From Lepidodermella squamata (taxonomy: Eukaryota > Animalia > Gastrotricha): a DNA stretch of 64,000 nucleotides. This document shows positions 1 through 11,850 of the stretch, piece by piece. Where the stretch lies: positions 1,426,001 to 1,490,000 of the forward strand of contig JBLDXI010000030.1 in the NCBI GenBank assembly GCA_047495785.1, written 5' to 3'. Below the pieces are notes generated by a model. That model saw only the letters and a program-made list of their open reading frames with translations. It made no database searches and was not told the origin of the DNA. A program made the position numbers and the translations under genes. Position 1 is the stretch's first letter. Every line of letters starts with the position of its first letter.

Positions 1-60
1 TTAAGGTTCAAGCGACTATGCGGCCGTAAAGTTCTGGCCATTTCTGGCCGGGACAAAATA

Positions 61-75
61 GTTTGAGAACCACTG
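61..75. mobile_element. Right terminal inverted repeat of a hAT-like DNA transposon whose body lies left of it, mostly off-window
   Basis: GTTTGAGAACCACTG is the exact reverse complement of CAGTGGTTCTCAAAC, a typical hAT/Charlie-type terminus; the same 15-mer occurs at 52514. Confidence 0.45.
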
Positions 76-286
76 ATCTAATAATGTTATTGTTTATCCG
101 AATCCGAACTTAAGAAGCAGCTGAACATCTCTCCAAGGCCAAGCCGTAGAGCGTCACTGTTGTGTAACCTCCCCTGTTATTAATAGGCCTTTGAATGCCA
201 ATACAGCAGGCTTGATAGGTAGAGTAAGGGGCGGGTGAGTCGACGGTCTGTACAGGAAAAGGGAATATTAAAAAAGGTTCGGCCCT

Positions 287-991
287 TTAAGCAGCAAAAA
301 ATACCAAACTACCAAATCCACCAACAGTATTAGTTACTGCGATATCGTCAGAGGCTTGAGCACTGGTGTGCGGGAAACGGACACAGTAGCCAGTCTGCGA
401 GCCGGCAGCGGGAGAATAAGCGACGAAGTAAGCTTTGTCAGTAGTAGCACCGATGCAGGCAACAGTCGGGTTCAATGTGTTTTCCTTGGCTGGCAGGAGC
501 TCATACTTGAGGTTCGTAGATCCGACAGCAGTGCAGCAGGCAGCAAAGGTATCGTAGGCAGCCGCAACAGTAGGGGTGGCAGTAATCTGTGTAAAGACGG
601 AGGGGAAGAATGCCGCGCAGGTTACGCCGCTGTTCAAGCACAGCTTGATGTTAGATTGCTTAATAGAGGCTCCACCTACAGTATTTCCTGTGCAAATCTG
701 AAAAGGGCTCTGTGATGGAACAGTTAAAAGTTTAGTTGATGCATCAATTTTCAAATAAGTCAATACCGTAACAGAACAGGCTTGATTGGCTGGGCAGGGA
801 TTAGCGGTTGTCAAGCAGCTCTTCGTGGAATCGGTACAGGCCTGGGCAGTAGGAACGCAGCTACTTACCGTTGGGCAAGTAGGCGGCGTTTGGCACGTAG
901 GCGGCGTTGGGCACGGCGTGGTCGTGGTCGATGCAGGGCAGGCGGTGACTGCGACGCAGGAAGCAGCGAGTAGGATTAAAGTGGAATACAT
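287..991 (-). CDS. Secreted Cys/Thr/Pro-rich protein of unknown function, 234 aa, single exon
   Basis: True ATG at 991; signal peptide MYSTLILLAASCVAVTA|CP; CxTPPT repeats followed by a Cys-containing globular region; a decayed paralog lies at about 2390-3480. Confidence 0.85.
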   Translation of the reverse strand: MYSTLILLAASCVAVTACPASTTTTPCPTPPTCQTPPTCPTVSSCVPTAQACTDSTKSCLTTANPCPANQACSVTVLTYLKIDASTKLLTVPSQSPFQICTGNTVGGASIKQSNIKLCLNSGVTCAAFFPSVFTQITATPTVAAAYDTFAACCTAVGSTNLKYELLPAKENTLNPTVACIGATTDKAYFVAYSPAAGSQTGYCVRFPHTSAQASDDIAVTNTVGGFGSLVFFAA

Positions 992-1579
992 TTCGCAAAT
1001 GATAATAGATACTTGGAGTGGAGAGCAGCGATGCCTAATCAGCCTTTCATGCAGCTAATTTATCTCGAAACCACCGACTGTCCGACCCGATTCGCCAGAA
1101 TGGGGGTGAGCAATAGACCGGCCTTTAGCAGCAAAATCATCTATACGCTAATTGTCAGCCGGGATGCCTTTCATAGGCACCTCCAACTAAGAGCAGTTTT
1201 TCTATTTGACACTAGTAAGCAATGTGGCCAATCTTTTCGGAAGTGAAACATAGTAAAATCTTTCAAGTCTTTACGGAGTTGGCATCAATTCGCGTAGTCT
1301 GGAGGTGAGGTGGGCGTCTTTCAGTGATGCCTTCAGACCGTGTTACATTAGCTTGTGTATGAGCAAGTATCTCATGGAGCTTATTTTGCTCAAATGAAGA
1401 CCGTGGCAAAATCTTGTTTTTTTTTTGCTTTTCAGGGTTCAAAGTCTCGACTGAAAAATTGCAAAATGGTCAAATTTTAAAATCGCATCAGGGGATCCCA
1501 AAAAGGTTTGTCCCTGGCTATAGCTGGGCATCGTCTCGGGTCGGCCATTCATAATTCTGCGTGGTAGTGACCCAGTTAT

Positions 1580-1785
1580 TCCATCATGTCGTTAGCGTTG
1601 TTGAACAACTCAGATTTAGGCTTTTTTGCGTCAGTTTGAAGGTGGATGGTGGCAAGTAGAAAGTAATTTGCTGTAACCTCTTCATTCACGCAAAAAACGC
1701 CGCTTTTTACATGCCACCAGCCACATTTTAACTGGCGTATATACAAGCCTATAATATCAGAGTTATTCTACGGCGCTAATGATGG
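1580..1785. repeat. Degenerate foldback (about 80-bp arms): old MITE or hairpin RNA
   Basis: The left arm AACTCAGATTTAGGCTT..TGCGTCAGTT..GGTGGATGGTGGCAAGTAGAAAG pairs with the right arm CTTTTTACATGCCACCAGCCAC..AACTGGCGTA..AAGCCTA..GAGTT. Confidence 0.6.
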
Positions 1786-2387
1786 TTTTGTACCGCAAAT
1801 AGATTATAATTAAGAGCTAATTTCATTATTATATGTAAAAAAACTACGACCACGAAGGCAATGTGGACGAAGGTATATCTTTATTACAATTAACAATTAT
1901 GTTTGATAACTTTGCCCATGAAAAATAAAAAAAAATGTTTGTCATAAACACGAGCGCTACACCTGATTCTTCCCGAAATCGATTGGTATTGATCTAAGAG
2001 ATACCATGGCAGGCCGTGTAGAGTGCGTTCTTGGATCTCGGAGCTGCCAGAGATGGAATTTTTCCCGTAGCAGAGCTGGGGGGATGATCCCCGCACCCCT
2101 GAAAGTCGCACACTGAGCGTCAGCCAGTAAACCATCAGTTTCAACTGAGAACAGAAAGATCACAAAACTAAGTGATGAGGAAAAATGATCAGCTCCAATC
2201 GTGTGCGTTATTTTGCATCAACATTCTAACTCGACCTGTGGAAAGCTGTGTTCCGGATTGCTGATTGTGATAATATAGTCAGCAGTTCTATTTCACTATC
2301 GTGTCCGGCTGGCTTTTACATTTTGCGTCCAGTTTCACGAGAAAATGCTTGAAATTAACCAAGGGCATCACTCTGTTTGCTTTCATA

Positions 2388-3480
2388 AAACCTCGAGATA
2401 TGGCTCATTGCTGCCGCCATTGCCATGAGACGTACTAGGACGCCGGGGCTACTATCTCCCCATACAAAATTCTCTGCGTCACGTGTCGGAATAATGCAAA
2501 TGATTCACGTGACCGCGGACTAAACATAATAATTTAATGGCAAATTGAAAAATATTTATTTTAATTATTTTTGGTTATTTAATATTTTTTAAAGTGAAAA
2601 TTAATTACAAGAACCGGCGCGCGAAACTCGGCGTTTTAGGTTCAGAGATGAAGATCGAGGTCTTGTGGTCGCTGCAAAAAGTTGATCTTTGCGTAAACAC
2701 GTGCTTTTTGTGAATGAGATTTTTTGCTGATCGCTGCTAATGAGGTTATTTTTTGCCACCGTGACCTTCGGACCTCATTAAAAAATAACACGAAAAGCAG
2801 TCGTTTTATTCGAGCTCCGGCGTCCTAGTACGTCTCATGGCCATTGCCGCAGTCATAGCCTGCCCTCCGACATCACCGCGGGCCCGGAAAGCTCTTTCAA
2901 CTCGTGCAATACCGGTCTAACCTGCACACCGTCTGCTAATATCTACGATAATAGCGCCAACAATTGCATTGACAAAACCGCCCACAACTGGATGTTCTTG
3001 CCAAGCTCCGGCACCTACGGTAGTCTACAATAACCCTCTTCATTATAATCAAGGCATTTGCTCTATTTCTACCGCAGGCACTTTACCAACTCTGCTCAAG
3101 GAAGACCCAGGGGTCCACTATAGTTGATGGCACTCAAATTTTGCTTCAAAGTCGCCGGCAGCGTACAAGAAATTAAGCGAATTTATTTTGGTGAATTTAA
3201 ATTCGGTGTTTTTCAACCAAAGATCAAGGATCAAACCGAAAATTAGTAGATATACAGTATCTAACAGTAACGCCTGCTGCTGTGGTAATTACTTCATTTG
3301 CACAAAGAAATGTATCAGTTTTATTTCTGAATTGATGTTTGTAGGTTGCTTTTGGCGCGACCGCCACCTTCAACACATTTGCTGAATGCTGCGCAAACAC
3401 AGCTGCTTCCGCAGACAATTCCAATACGAAGTCGTATTCAAAAATACCAATAGAATTTATACCAGCATTGGAAGAGTTGA
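2388..3480 (+). pseudogene. Decayed paralog of the 287-991 secreted Cys-rich gene, interrupted by a MITE and frameshifts
   Basis: Removing the MITE restores EIWLIAAAIAAVIA|CPPT (cf. LILLAASCVAVTA|CPAS). Later fragments LTCTPSANIYDNSANNC, YQLCS, LKFCF, TFNTFAECC and QFQYEVV match SSCVPTAQACTDSTKSC, FQICT, IKLCL, YDTFAACC and NLKYELL of the intact gene, in changing frames. Confidence 0.65.
2424..2839. mobile_element. MITE, P-element-like (CATG termini, 8-bp TSD)
   Basis: Perfect 23-bp TIR CATGAGACGTACTAGGACGCCGG at both ends, flanked by the identical 8-bp duplication GCCATTGC (2416-2423 and 2840-2847); no ORF. Confidence 0.85.
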
Positions 3481-4129
3481 TTCGTATCCCTACTTAATAA
3501 CAGCCGCTGTTTTAGGCGAAAAATGAGTCAACCGAATCACTTTGTTATAGCAGTTCTTCTTTTCGAGATGGGCTACAATTCGCGAATGGGCTAGTATTTG
3601 AAAATTTACGGTAAGCGGGTTTTTTTCAACCCGTGTTGGGCCAAATAATGTAGAATTGTGCGCAATAATATGTGACCGTCCGCAACAAAAGCAATAACAT
3701 ATTATTTTGCCATTTGCCAAGGAGTCAGCACACAATGGTGTCATCTTGAGTATCAAAACAAATTAACCATGAGCATCGCGTCACTGAGCCTTTGAGTCAT
3801 TAGTGGCTTTTACACTGGCTTTTATATTTTTTTGCCATACAACTTTAAAACAATTGACGTGTCAAGAAAATTGCACTTAATGTGTGGATCTGCACCATTC
3901 TACTGGAGTGATAATTTATTTTCTCCAACCTCAACTTAAAACGTCGAAAGTATAAAAACAGGTGTGATTTTTGCACCCACTAATGGGTGCATCCGATTTG
4001 CCGCGCGTTAACAGAAGTAAAAAAGGGTGAAACGCGAGCTATGTAAAATCTAACAGCTGATGCCGAGACGATCAGCTTTGGCCCCAGAGTTCGAATATAG
4101 CTCAGCTGTTATACTATACAAAACTATCA

Positions 4130-4580
4130 AAAGGCGCTAATGTGAATGGTTTCTGCGGCGATGAACCCCTCATATTCTACGTGATGCACCAGGATTTAGC
4201 AGTACAACCACTCTTCGAGTTTTCATCGAATTTAATTTAATTTAATTTAATTTGTATGTCAACTAAGGACAAATAAAACAGATTTTCGTTTTTCGTTCGT
4301 TTTCATCGAAAATGGTGCGAATGTCAACGCTGTGTCGCGACGAGACGAGACTGTGTTACAAAGAGCTGTTTCTTACACTAACGCTGGTATCGTCTGACTT
4401 TTGATTGAAAATGGCGTGAAAATGGCTGAGAACTGCTTTAGGCCAGCTTCCTGCTGAGAAAGCAAGATTTGTCGAGATCATGAATTACTTGTTGGATAAA
4501 GGCGACGCGATTGATGGGAATTTGAGGAATAACGAAACATTCCTATCAATTGCACTCAAGATTACTAACAGCGTTTGATC
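4130..4580 (+). pseudogene. Ankyrin-repeat pseudogene fragment
   Basis: Translated pieces KGANVNG, IENGANVNAVSRRDETVLQRAV..IV*LLIENG and EIMNYLLDKGDAID..NETFLSIAL, with stops, frameshifts and an internal insertion. Confidence 0.7.
4231..4298 (-). mobile_element. Short insertion with 12-bp TSD, probably the 3' tail of a 5'-truncated non-LTR element
   Basis: GTTTTCATCGAA is duplicated at 4219-4230 and 4299-4310; the insert begins with (TTTAA)4, a (TTAAA)n tail on the minus strand. Confidence 0.55.
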
Positions 4581-4599
4581 AGACCATTCAAGTGATGGG

Positions 4600-4950
4600 C
4601 GATTTGCAATGACTTGTTGATTGCTTGCGTTCTACACCCCGGCCAGAAGCTAAACGTTATCAACCAATTCAGATGGCCTAAGCTCATTTATCCGCTTCAA
4701 AACGCTCCCTTACGAAAGCTGACAGCATCTTTCCTTCGTCGCGTCGATATAGAGTTTCGTAGAGCAGTAAAGCAGATAGCGGAAATACCAGCAGCAACGC
4801 CAGACGGATTCTTCTACGCAAGCAAAGGGAAGCTTGGTCTCGGACTCGTAAAAGCCGAATGGGAGGCTTTTCTTTAGCATTAATTACAATATCTGCATGA
4901 AATGGCTCTCCGTCGACGAACCTCTGATCCCTTTGTGCCGCGATCTCGAA
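4600..4950 (+). mobile_element. Fragment of an R2/NeSL-like (RLE-type) non-LTR retrotransposon, post-RT thumb region
   Basis: LHPGQKLNVINQFRWPKLIYPL...FLRRVDIEFRRAVKQIAEIPAATPDGFFYASKGKLGLGL resembles the LxPxQK..P.L...D..IR..V....LP..TP..FFY....GGLG pattern of R2-like ORFs; an in-frame stop follows. Confidence 0.75.
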
Positions 4951-5005
4951 CTCTGGGAGCTTCTGTTAAGGCACCTTGTTGACTTCGCACCTTGTTGAGA
5001 TGCGA

Positions 5006-5130
5006 AGGGTGCTAAGTACAGAGGTGCTGGGGTGTCGCGACACCCCAGCTCCGGGACTCCAACCTGAGGAAGACTGAAAAACCACAGGGGCGACCCTTTG
5101 GTTTCATCGGCTGGGTCCTAGAAAACAAGT
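5006..5130. mobile_element. Truncated copy of the hAT MITE at 28254-28411
   Basis: About 125 bp highly similar to 28255-28378 (AGGGTGCTAAGTACA..GCTGGGGTGTCGCGACACCCCAGC..GGGTCCTAGAAAACAAGT); the right TIR is missing. Confidence 0.75.
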
Positions 5131-5669
5131 AGATAACAGCGAACTCTTAGTCGCTCTTATCGATTTACCGACAGAAAACCTTATTTTTAGCCAGGTTAAG
5201 GGGTTGGATGCCTTAATCACCGAATATTGCTCAACATTTTGCTCACCTAATGTATTTTCGAGGTAAAATGATACATTTTCAGATAAGTTTATAGACCGCT
5301 GGTACAGGGGCGTAACCAGGACCATTTTCTTGTAGTTTATATTGATCTGAGAGTGACATTTCCTTTTCCCCCAGGAGAATCCAAGGCCGACGAGTGCCGA
5401 ATCGTAATAGGAACAACCCCGTAAATTTGGACTTAATTCAATAGTTAATAGCCAAGAGTCTTAAACATACCTTTCATTGCTGTCTAAATCATAGTTCACG
5501 GGACAACATGAAACTGAAGCATTGTTTATGTTTTCTCCCGTTTTTTGTTTTATTCTTCTCCCGGCCATACAGCGAGTTGGTTACATCTTATCGATTATCG
5601 AACATCGAACAAGTATAGAGTATTTAGATTTTAGATAGAACATGTTATATTGGTCACTAAAATTCGAGC

Positions 5670-6878
5670 TCAACTTAGCATTAATTGAAACAAGATGCAG
5701 TCTATGACTAAAACCGTAACACCAATTACAAGGCCTGCCCCCAAATCGATAGCTCGAATGTAGTTCATGTTCAAGACAAGAATGAGTTTCAGATACGTCG
5801 GATTATTCGCCTTGCCACATGCAACTATAGTATGGAAAGTTAACAATCCTCCAGCTCCAAACTTCAAAGCAACCATAAGAACGATGTAGACCAACTCGGA
5901 GGTCTCGGGAATCATGGCCGAAATCATGCCAAGGGTGACAGAATTCGCAAGGACAGCCGTTATATTCAAGGCAGACCTGAAAACAATGTTCAATTGTGGC
6001 AAAAGCATTCTATATCAACGCAACGATTCGCGTCGGCTGGGTCCATTATTAGAACAGCTAATTGAAGGAAGAACAACATGTAGGTTGGTAGGAACAATGT
6101 AGGCAGGTAATAGAAGTAATCACGTTGAAGGGTGACCTTATGGGAAAATCGAAACAGGGGTGCAGGGCCGATGAGCTCCGACTCACTCTCCGATGTAATC
6201 GAAACAAACTTCCAGATGTCTGCGCCGGAGATGAAATCTTTAGAAACTAGAGGCGGATATAATAGAGAGATGATAACATCGCTGCTTTTATAGGTCGTTA
6301 TGAAGCTCAACGCGCATGAGAATTGAAAGGGAATTTTCGAAAGGAAACGGCCTTGCAGCTTGACTCAAAGTTACCACTGGCTGAAAGGTCTGCTCTAAAC
6401 GTCCGGTTCCTGCTCGTAATTTCAATCATCTCTTACTTGGTCGACATAACGTAAGGTTCGCCACTTGCAGTGTTTTCGTGGTAGATGCGCGAAAACCAAA
6501 CTGGCCGCTCGTCTGGGAAATTGATTGGCAAATTGAAGGCTATGAGGTCTTAGCGACACGCCTCTGTGATCGGCTGTATTGCAGCCTCGAGCAATTAACA
6601 GGCTGCTCGCAGTTGTGGAGCCAAGAAAGTAGCATAGATCCGACTATGAGCATACTTTTTTCAACGTCCTTGACATCAACGAATCGGTAGAAACTGAACA
6701 TAGTGTTAACTTTTACAGGCATCTGCTGTGGGCAGAGAAGCTTCGCGTCGACTGGCAGGTTCGACGAGAGGATGCTAGGGTAAGTTGCGGTAAGATCATC
6801 CCAAATTCGAGAGATTGTAAGTGGCGGGGTGTTACTTGCAGATACACTCACAACGGCCAGAATCACCAGCAAATTCAT
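5670..6878 (-). pseudogene. Pseudogenised Cys-loop ligand-gated ion channel subunit, recent duplicate of 11851-13061
   Basis: Colinear with 11851-13061 including both flanks. Lesions: a frameshift near 6550-6565, TCA>TAA near 6434, a 4-bp deletion in the FPFD codons near 6326, and the splice donor changed from GTGAGT to TTGCGT near 6023. Confidence 0.88.
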
Positions 6879-8679
6879 CGTTCTATCTGTGACAGCGAAA
6901 GAAAAAATGATCAAAATCTGCATTGCCAAGCATTTTTCGTGTTTCAAGCTACCGGATATTGGCGATTTTCGCAATATATCTCTATTGACATTGGGTCTGT
7001 TGAATCTCTACAAATTCCTAGCTCCTAGCCTCAGAATTTGGCTCACGCGAAAAAAATCAATGTGGTGTTTCTGGGCGAAATATTTGGACTCTGCCCCCTT
7101 CTGAAACCATCCGAATTAAAGGTTCCGGAAAATCGAACGACTTCATTTTCCGTTGATTGAGGATTGAGCACACCCAAATTACACAAACAGCAAGTATATA
7201 AATTCAGCGAATAAATGGATTTCTGGGTGTCATTCCTCCCCTGAATCTATTGACCTTCCTCTATCCAGCTAACTTCAATGCAGTGGTCCAAGTACGGTTA
7301 GCCAAGAGAGGAGGCATAGAGCGAAGCACGACTGCTGAACTGGTAGGGATAACACAAATCGACATAAGGGTCCCCTTGACTGAGCTCACCGTACTGGCAG
7401 GGATGATTCCTACCAACTACTTAGTGATAATTCGCTCTCTGAGAGGAGGGACCTGGAGTTAGAAAATTTTCAAACGCTGCGAAACACTTAAGGGTCGCCC
7501 ATGATGATTTGCAAATTTTGGGCTAAGAATGCCTCGATTTACACCGCTGAGAGCTGGACCCCGTCGGGATAAACCCTCCAGTTCTAAGCTCTATTGTTTA
7601 TCGGGTGCACATTTTAGTCAATCGATGAATCACCGGTATCCACGCATCATGGGTATGAATTGGAGTTGAAGTTAAAAGTAACCGTATAATTCCTTGGCCT
7701 CATTCCGTCCGAATGTTGTTAATCACATATCACATATCGTCTGTGTTCTATGTTGTGGCTTCTTACTACGGCCACAGCCACATGTGCTAATGAGAACATA
7801 CCGGAAATGTTTTTAAAATTTCTCGAAGACCCGGACATCAGGTTAAGGCTCTGCGTGACAGGGTAAAATAACAACGTGGCACCAAGTATCCTCACTTGCA
7901 TTTCTCATTACGAAAAATGTTCTGAATGCGTCCGCATTGCTGAGGTCAAAAAATGAGACAAGGGCTGAATGTTAAAATTAATATACATTGAACCACTAAT
8001 ATATGTATTGAAATTTGGGATGCTGTGAGGTAGGATCACACGCTAGTATGATAATAGATCATTGGCGATATATCGATAGGAGTTATTTTTGATCGTACAC
8101 ATAACGAACTTCGATTGTTAAGAGCTCCAAATAGCAGCAGCTTTCCTAAGAAGACACCGGAGCCTGTCAAAGAGACTAACGATGCTAGGCAACTTTATTC
8201 CTATAACTATCCTATGTCGAATTTAATTCTTTATTATAAGTAGGTACTGCGGCTTTGTACGGTACTTTGTTACAAAAGTGAGAGCTCCCACTTAGATTTT
8301 TATAAATCCTCAATTCCACACCTAAAGTATATATAATATGACCTGAGGCCGCGAGACACTCGTTCTGCGTGACAAAGAGAAATTAATACCAGTCATCAGG
8401 TAGCATTCCGTAATTATCATTGAACTAAGTCGGAAATAGATTTATCCCGTCAAGTTTTATGAACTCTATAAAAGGGACAGAAAAGTATAATAATGTCATT
8501 TTTTCTCTGGATCATAACTTCTCTCATTGCTAATGCTTCTTTTTTATTCATGGAAGAAGAGACTAGAGATTCATGGAGTTGCCTTATATTTTTTATTACT
8601 TCTGTTTATTCTGATATCCACAACAGCCAGGTACAGTTGTACTCAAAATTTAGTTGCTTCGGAGTCCCAAACCCTGATT

Positions 8680-9140
8680 GCGCAAACGGTAGATCGGATT
8701 TTCACACAAAACATTTGCCGCGCGCGCTGACGTGAAGGAATTTTTCCCATGTCCCTCCAAAATAAAAAATGAGATGCCAAATAAAATGACAGACTATTGG
8801 CCGCACGCACGACGATTTTGGAATATCGCGTCGGTTTTTATGCAGAGCGCTTTGGATTTGATTTGATTTGATTTACGGCTTAAATCACGGACCTCCTTCA
8901 ATAAATTTCCCATTTTTTCGGAACAATTCCATCCCTGGCAGCTCCGGGATCCAAGATGGCACCTTGCACGCGAGAACCTTACATCTATTCAATCTATTCA
9001 ATCTATTCTATTCCGAAAAAATGATTCAGACAATGATCTATAATTCTCATTTTTTCGGTCAAAAGTCCTCCTGAATAATCAAAACTAGCCCTTTGACATG
9101 AGCGCTCGCGGCCATGAAATTCAAAAATTGTTGACTTAGC
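8680..9140. mobile_element. Degenerate relic related to the Mutator-like foldback element at 29019-29989
   Basis: Shares motifs TGCGCAAA..GCGCGCTGACGT, GAATATCGCGTCGGTTTTTA and AACTAGCCCTTTGACATGAGCGC..GACTTAGC with the two arms of the 29-kb element. Confidence 0.5.
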
Positions 9141-9183
9141 TTGTACAAGTCTTCCATCACCCTCCAATTGCTCAACTGGGATC

Positions 9184-11540
9184 GGTTGGTAAACGTTTTT
9201 ATTTTAGGACAGTTCTCCGCAAATGGTGAAATTTGCAAATAAACAATGCAGCCTCGGCTTTTCCGGCCGCTTTCTCGGATGATTGCTGGAATGCAGCCGG
9301 ATACACCGTTTTTTACTTATGACGCGAAAGGCAGCCCATTTTAGATTATTTTCAGCCCTAATTCTGTTAAATATACCGTTAGCTAAAGCTCTCTTCACTC
9401 GCGTACATTAGCTATCTCTAGTTTGCTGGGACCAATGCGGCAATCTCGAGCATTTTTTCTCCTCTTTGTCCAAGTAGGAAGGGCGAACATTTACGCGAAT
9501 CGATGTTAAGACCCAAGGGCCAAGGGCATCATGCAGGGGTATTCGTGGTCTCAACTGTGGCCCAGGACGTTGTAGGTAGTATTAAGCAATCGCTTTGTTG
9601 ATTGTAGGGAAGCAGTCGGCTGAAGTTCGCTTTCAAGGCCTGAAGAATTATTCTGTTTATTAACGCCTCTGTTAATTGCCATCCTCCGCTAAGCGCAAGA
9701 GAACTCTAGCGGAGGAAAAATTTTTAAGGAAAAATGTGCTTCAAGCTTGAAAGAAATTTGCTGCCGATGAAAGAGCAGAACAAATGCTAGTGCTGCCGGA
9801 TCAGATTGTATCTGCGGCAGAAGCCCAGGCTTTTCGGCCGCCAAAAATGCCTACGGTTCAAAGAATTCCCGGATAACTGTTTTAGAGTAACGAATAACGA
9901 ATAACGCAGCGTAAATCTAGGAGTTGTACACATTAGACGAGCTTAGAAGTCCATTCATGATCTCCTTGTCCAGGATCTGAATGGCCGATTTAAGCTAATT
10001 TTTTAGGTGCCTCATGTTTCACATTTATTTCCAAATTCTGAACAATACTGACCTTTTTCATGGCCAAGTTTTTACGACCGTTTCAGAAAATAATATCAAT
10101 TTGCAAGGTCCCCACATGCTGATCCCCGCAAAACAGACCAGTTTACAAGTCCGATCAAGTTTAACCCACTTTCGCCGTAGCTACAAGGACATTATTTGGC
10201 GCAAATCTTGACCAACTCTGATCCCAATGTTTAGATTGTAAATCCGCTGAGGTTGGAAAACGTTTTTATTTTAGGACAGTTCTCCGCAAATGGTGAAATT
10301 TGCAAATAAACAATGCAGCCTCGGCTTTTCCGGCCGCTTTCTCGGATGATTGCTGGAATGCAGCCGGATACACCGTTTTTTACTTATGACGCGAAAGGCA
10401 GCCCATTTTAGATTATTTTCAGCCCTAATTCTGTTAAATATACCGTTAGCTAAAGCTCTCTTCACTCGCGTACATTAGCTATCTCTAGTTTGCTGGGACC
10501 AATGCGGCAATCTCGAGCATTTTTTCTCCTCTTTGTCCAAGTAGGAAGGGCGAACATTTACGCGAATCGATGTTAAGACCCAAGGGCCAAGGGCATCATG
10601 CAGGGGTATTCGTGGTCTCAACTGTGGCCCAGGACGTTGTAGGTAGTATTAAGCAATCGCTTTGTTGATTGTAGGGAAGCAGTCGGCTGAAGTTCGCTTT
10701 CAAGGCCTGAAGAATTATTCTGTTTATTAACGCCTCTGTTAATTGCCATCCTCCGCTAAGCGCAAGAGAACTCTAGCGGAGGAAAAATTTTTAAGGAAAA
10801 ATGTGCTTCAAGCTTGAAAGAAATTTGCTGCCGATGAAAGAGCAGAACAAATGCTAGTGCTGCCGGATCAGATTGTATCTGCGGCAGAAGCCCAGGCTTT
10901 TCGGCCGCCAAAAATGCCTACGGTTCAAAGAATTCCCGGATAACTGTTTTAGAGTAACGAATAACGAATAACGCAGCGTAAATCTAGGAGTTGTACACAT
11001 TAGACGAGCTTAGAAGTCCATTCATGATCTCCTTGTCCAGGATCTGAATGGCCGATTTAAGCTAATTTTTTAGGTGCCTCATGTTTCACATTTATTTCCA
11101 AATTCTGAACAATACTGACCTTTTTCATGGCCAAGTTTTTACGACCGTTTCAGAAAATAATATCAATTTGCAAGGTCCCCACATGCTGATCCCCGCAAAA
11201 CAGACCAGTTTACAAGTCCGATCAAGTTTAACCCACTTTCGCCGTAGCTACAAGGACATTATTTGGCGCAAATCTTGACCAACTCTGATCCCAATGTTTA
11301 GATTGTAAATCCGCTGAGGTTGGAAAACGTTTTTATTTTAGGACAGTTCTCCGCAAATGGTGAAATTTGCAAATAAACAATGCAGCCTCGGCTTTTCCGG
11401 CCGCTTTCTCGGATGATTGCTGGAATGCAGCCGGATACACCGTTTTTTACTTATGACGCGAAAGGCAGCCCATTTTAGATTATTTTCAGCCCTAATTCTG
11501 TTAAATACCGTTAGCTAAAGCACTCTTCAGTCGCGTACAT
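9184..11540. repeat. Tandem repeat, 1067-bp unit, about 2.2 copies
   Basis: Units start at 9184, 10251 and 11318. Units 1 and 2 look essentially identical (identical short ORFs offset by 1067); the third partial copy has a few differences near its end. Confidence 0.92.
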
Positions 11541-11850
11541 CTGAAACTAACATGGCAGCAGCCAGTGCCACAAGTAAATGCCGCTAGTGCAATGCAAATC
11601 AACATGAGTGCAGCGCATGCATACTTTCCCGGTAACCAAACTCATGTTCCATGTAGCACGCTCACGCAATACTAATATTACTAACGGGTTACACTTGATA
11701 TTTTCTAATATTTTCTTAATGCTTTCTCCCGTTTTATTCCTCTTCCGGCCATTCAGCGAGTGGGTTACATCTTGTCGATTATCGAACACGTACTTATAGA
11801 GTATTTAGATTTTAGATAAAACATGTTATATTGGTCACTAAAATTCGAGC

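Noticed and set aside
2028-8960. About 35-bp match between 2028-2062 (minus strand) and 8925-8960
   Set aside because: Most likely a fragment of a dispersed repeat; too short to classify or to imply function.
9204-11278. Duplicated 64- and 65-aa ORFs
   Set aside because: They recur only because of the 1067-bp tandem repeat and show no recognisable protein features.
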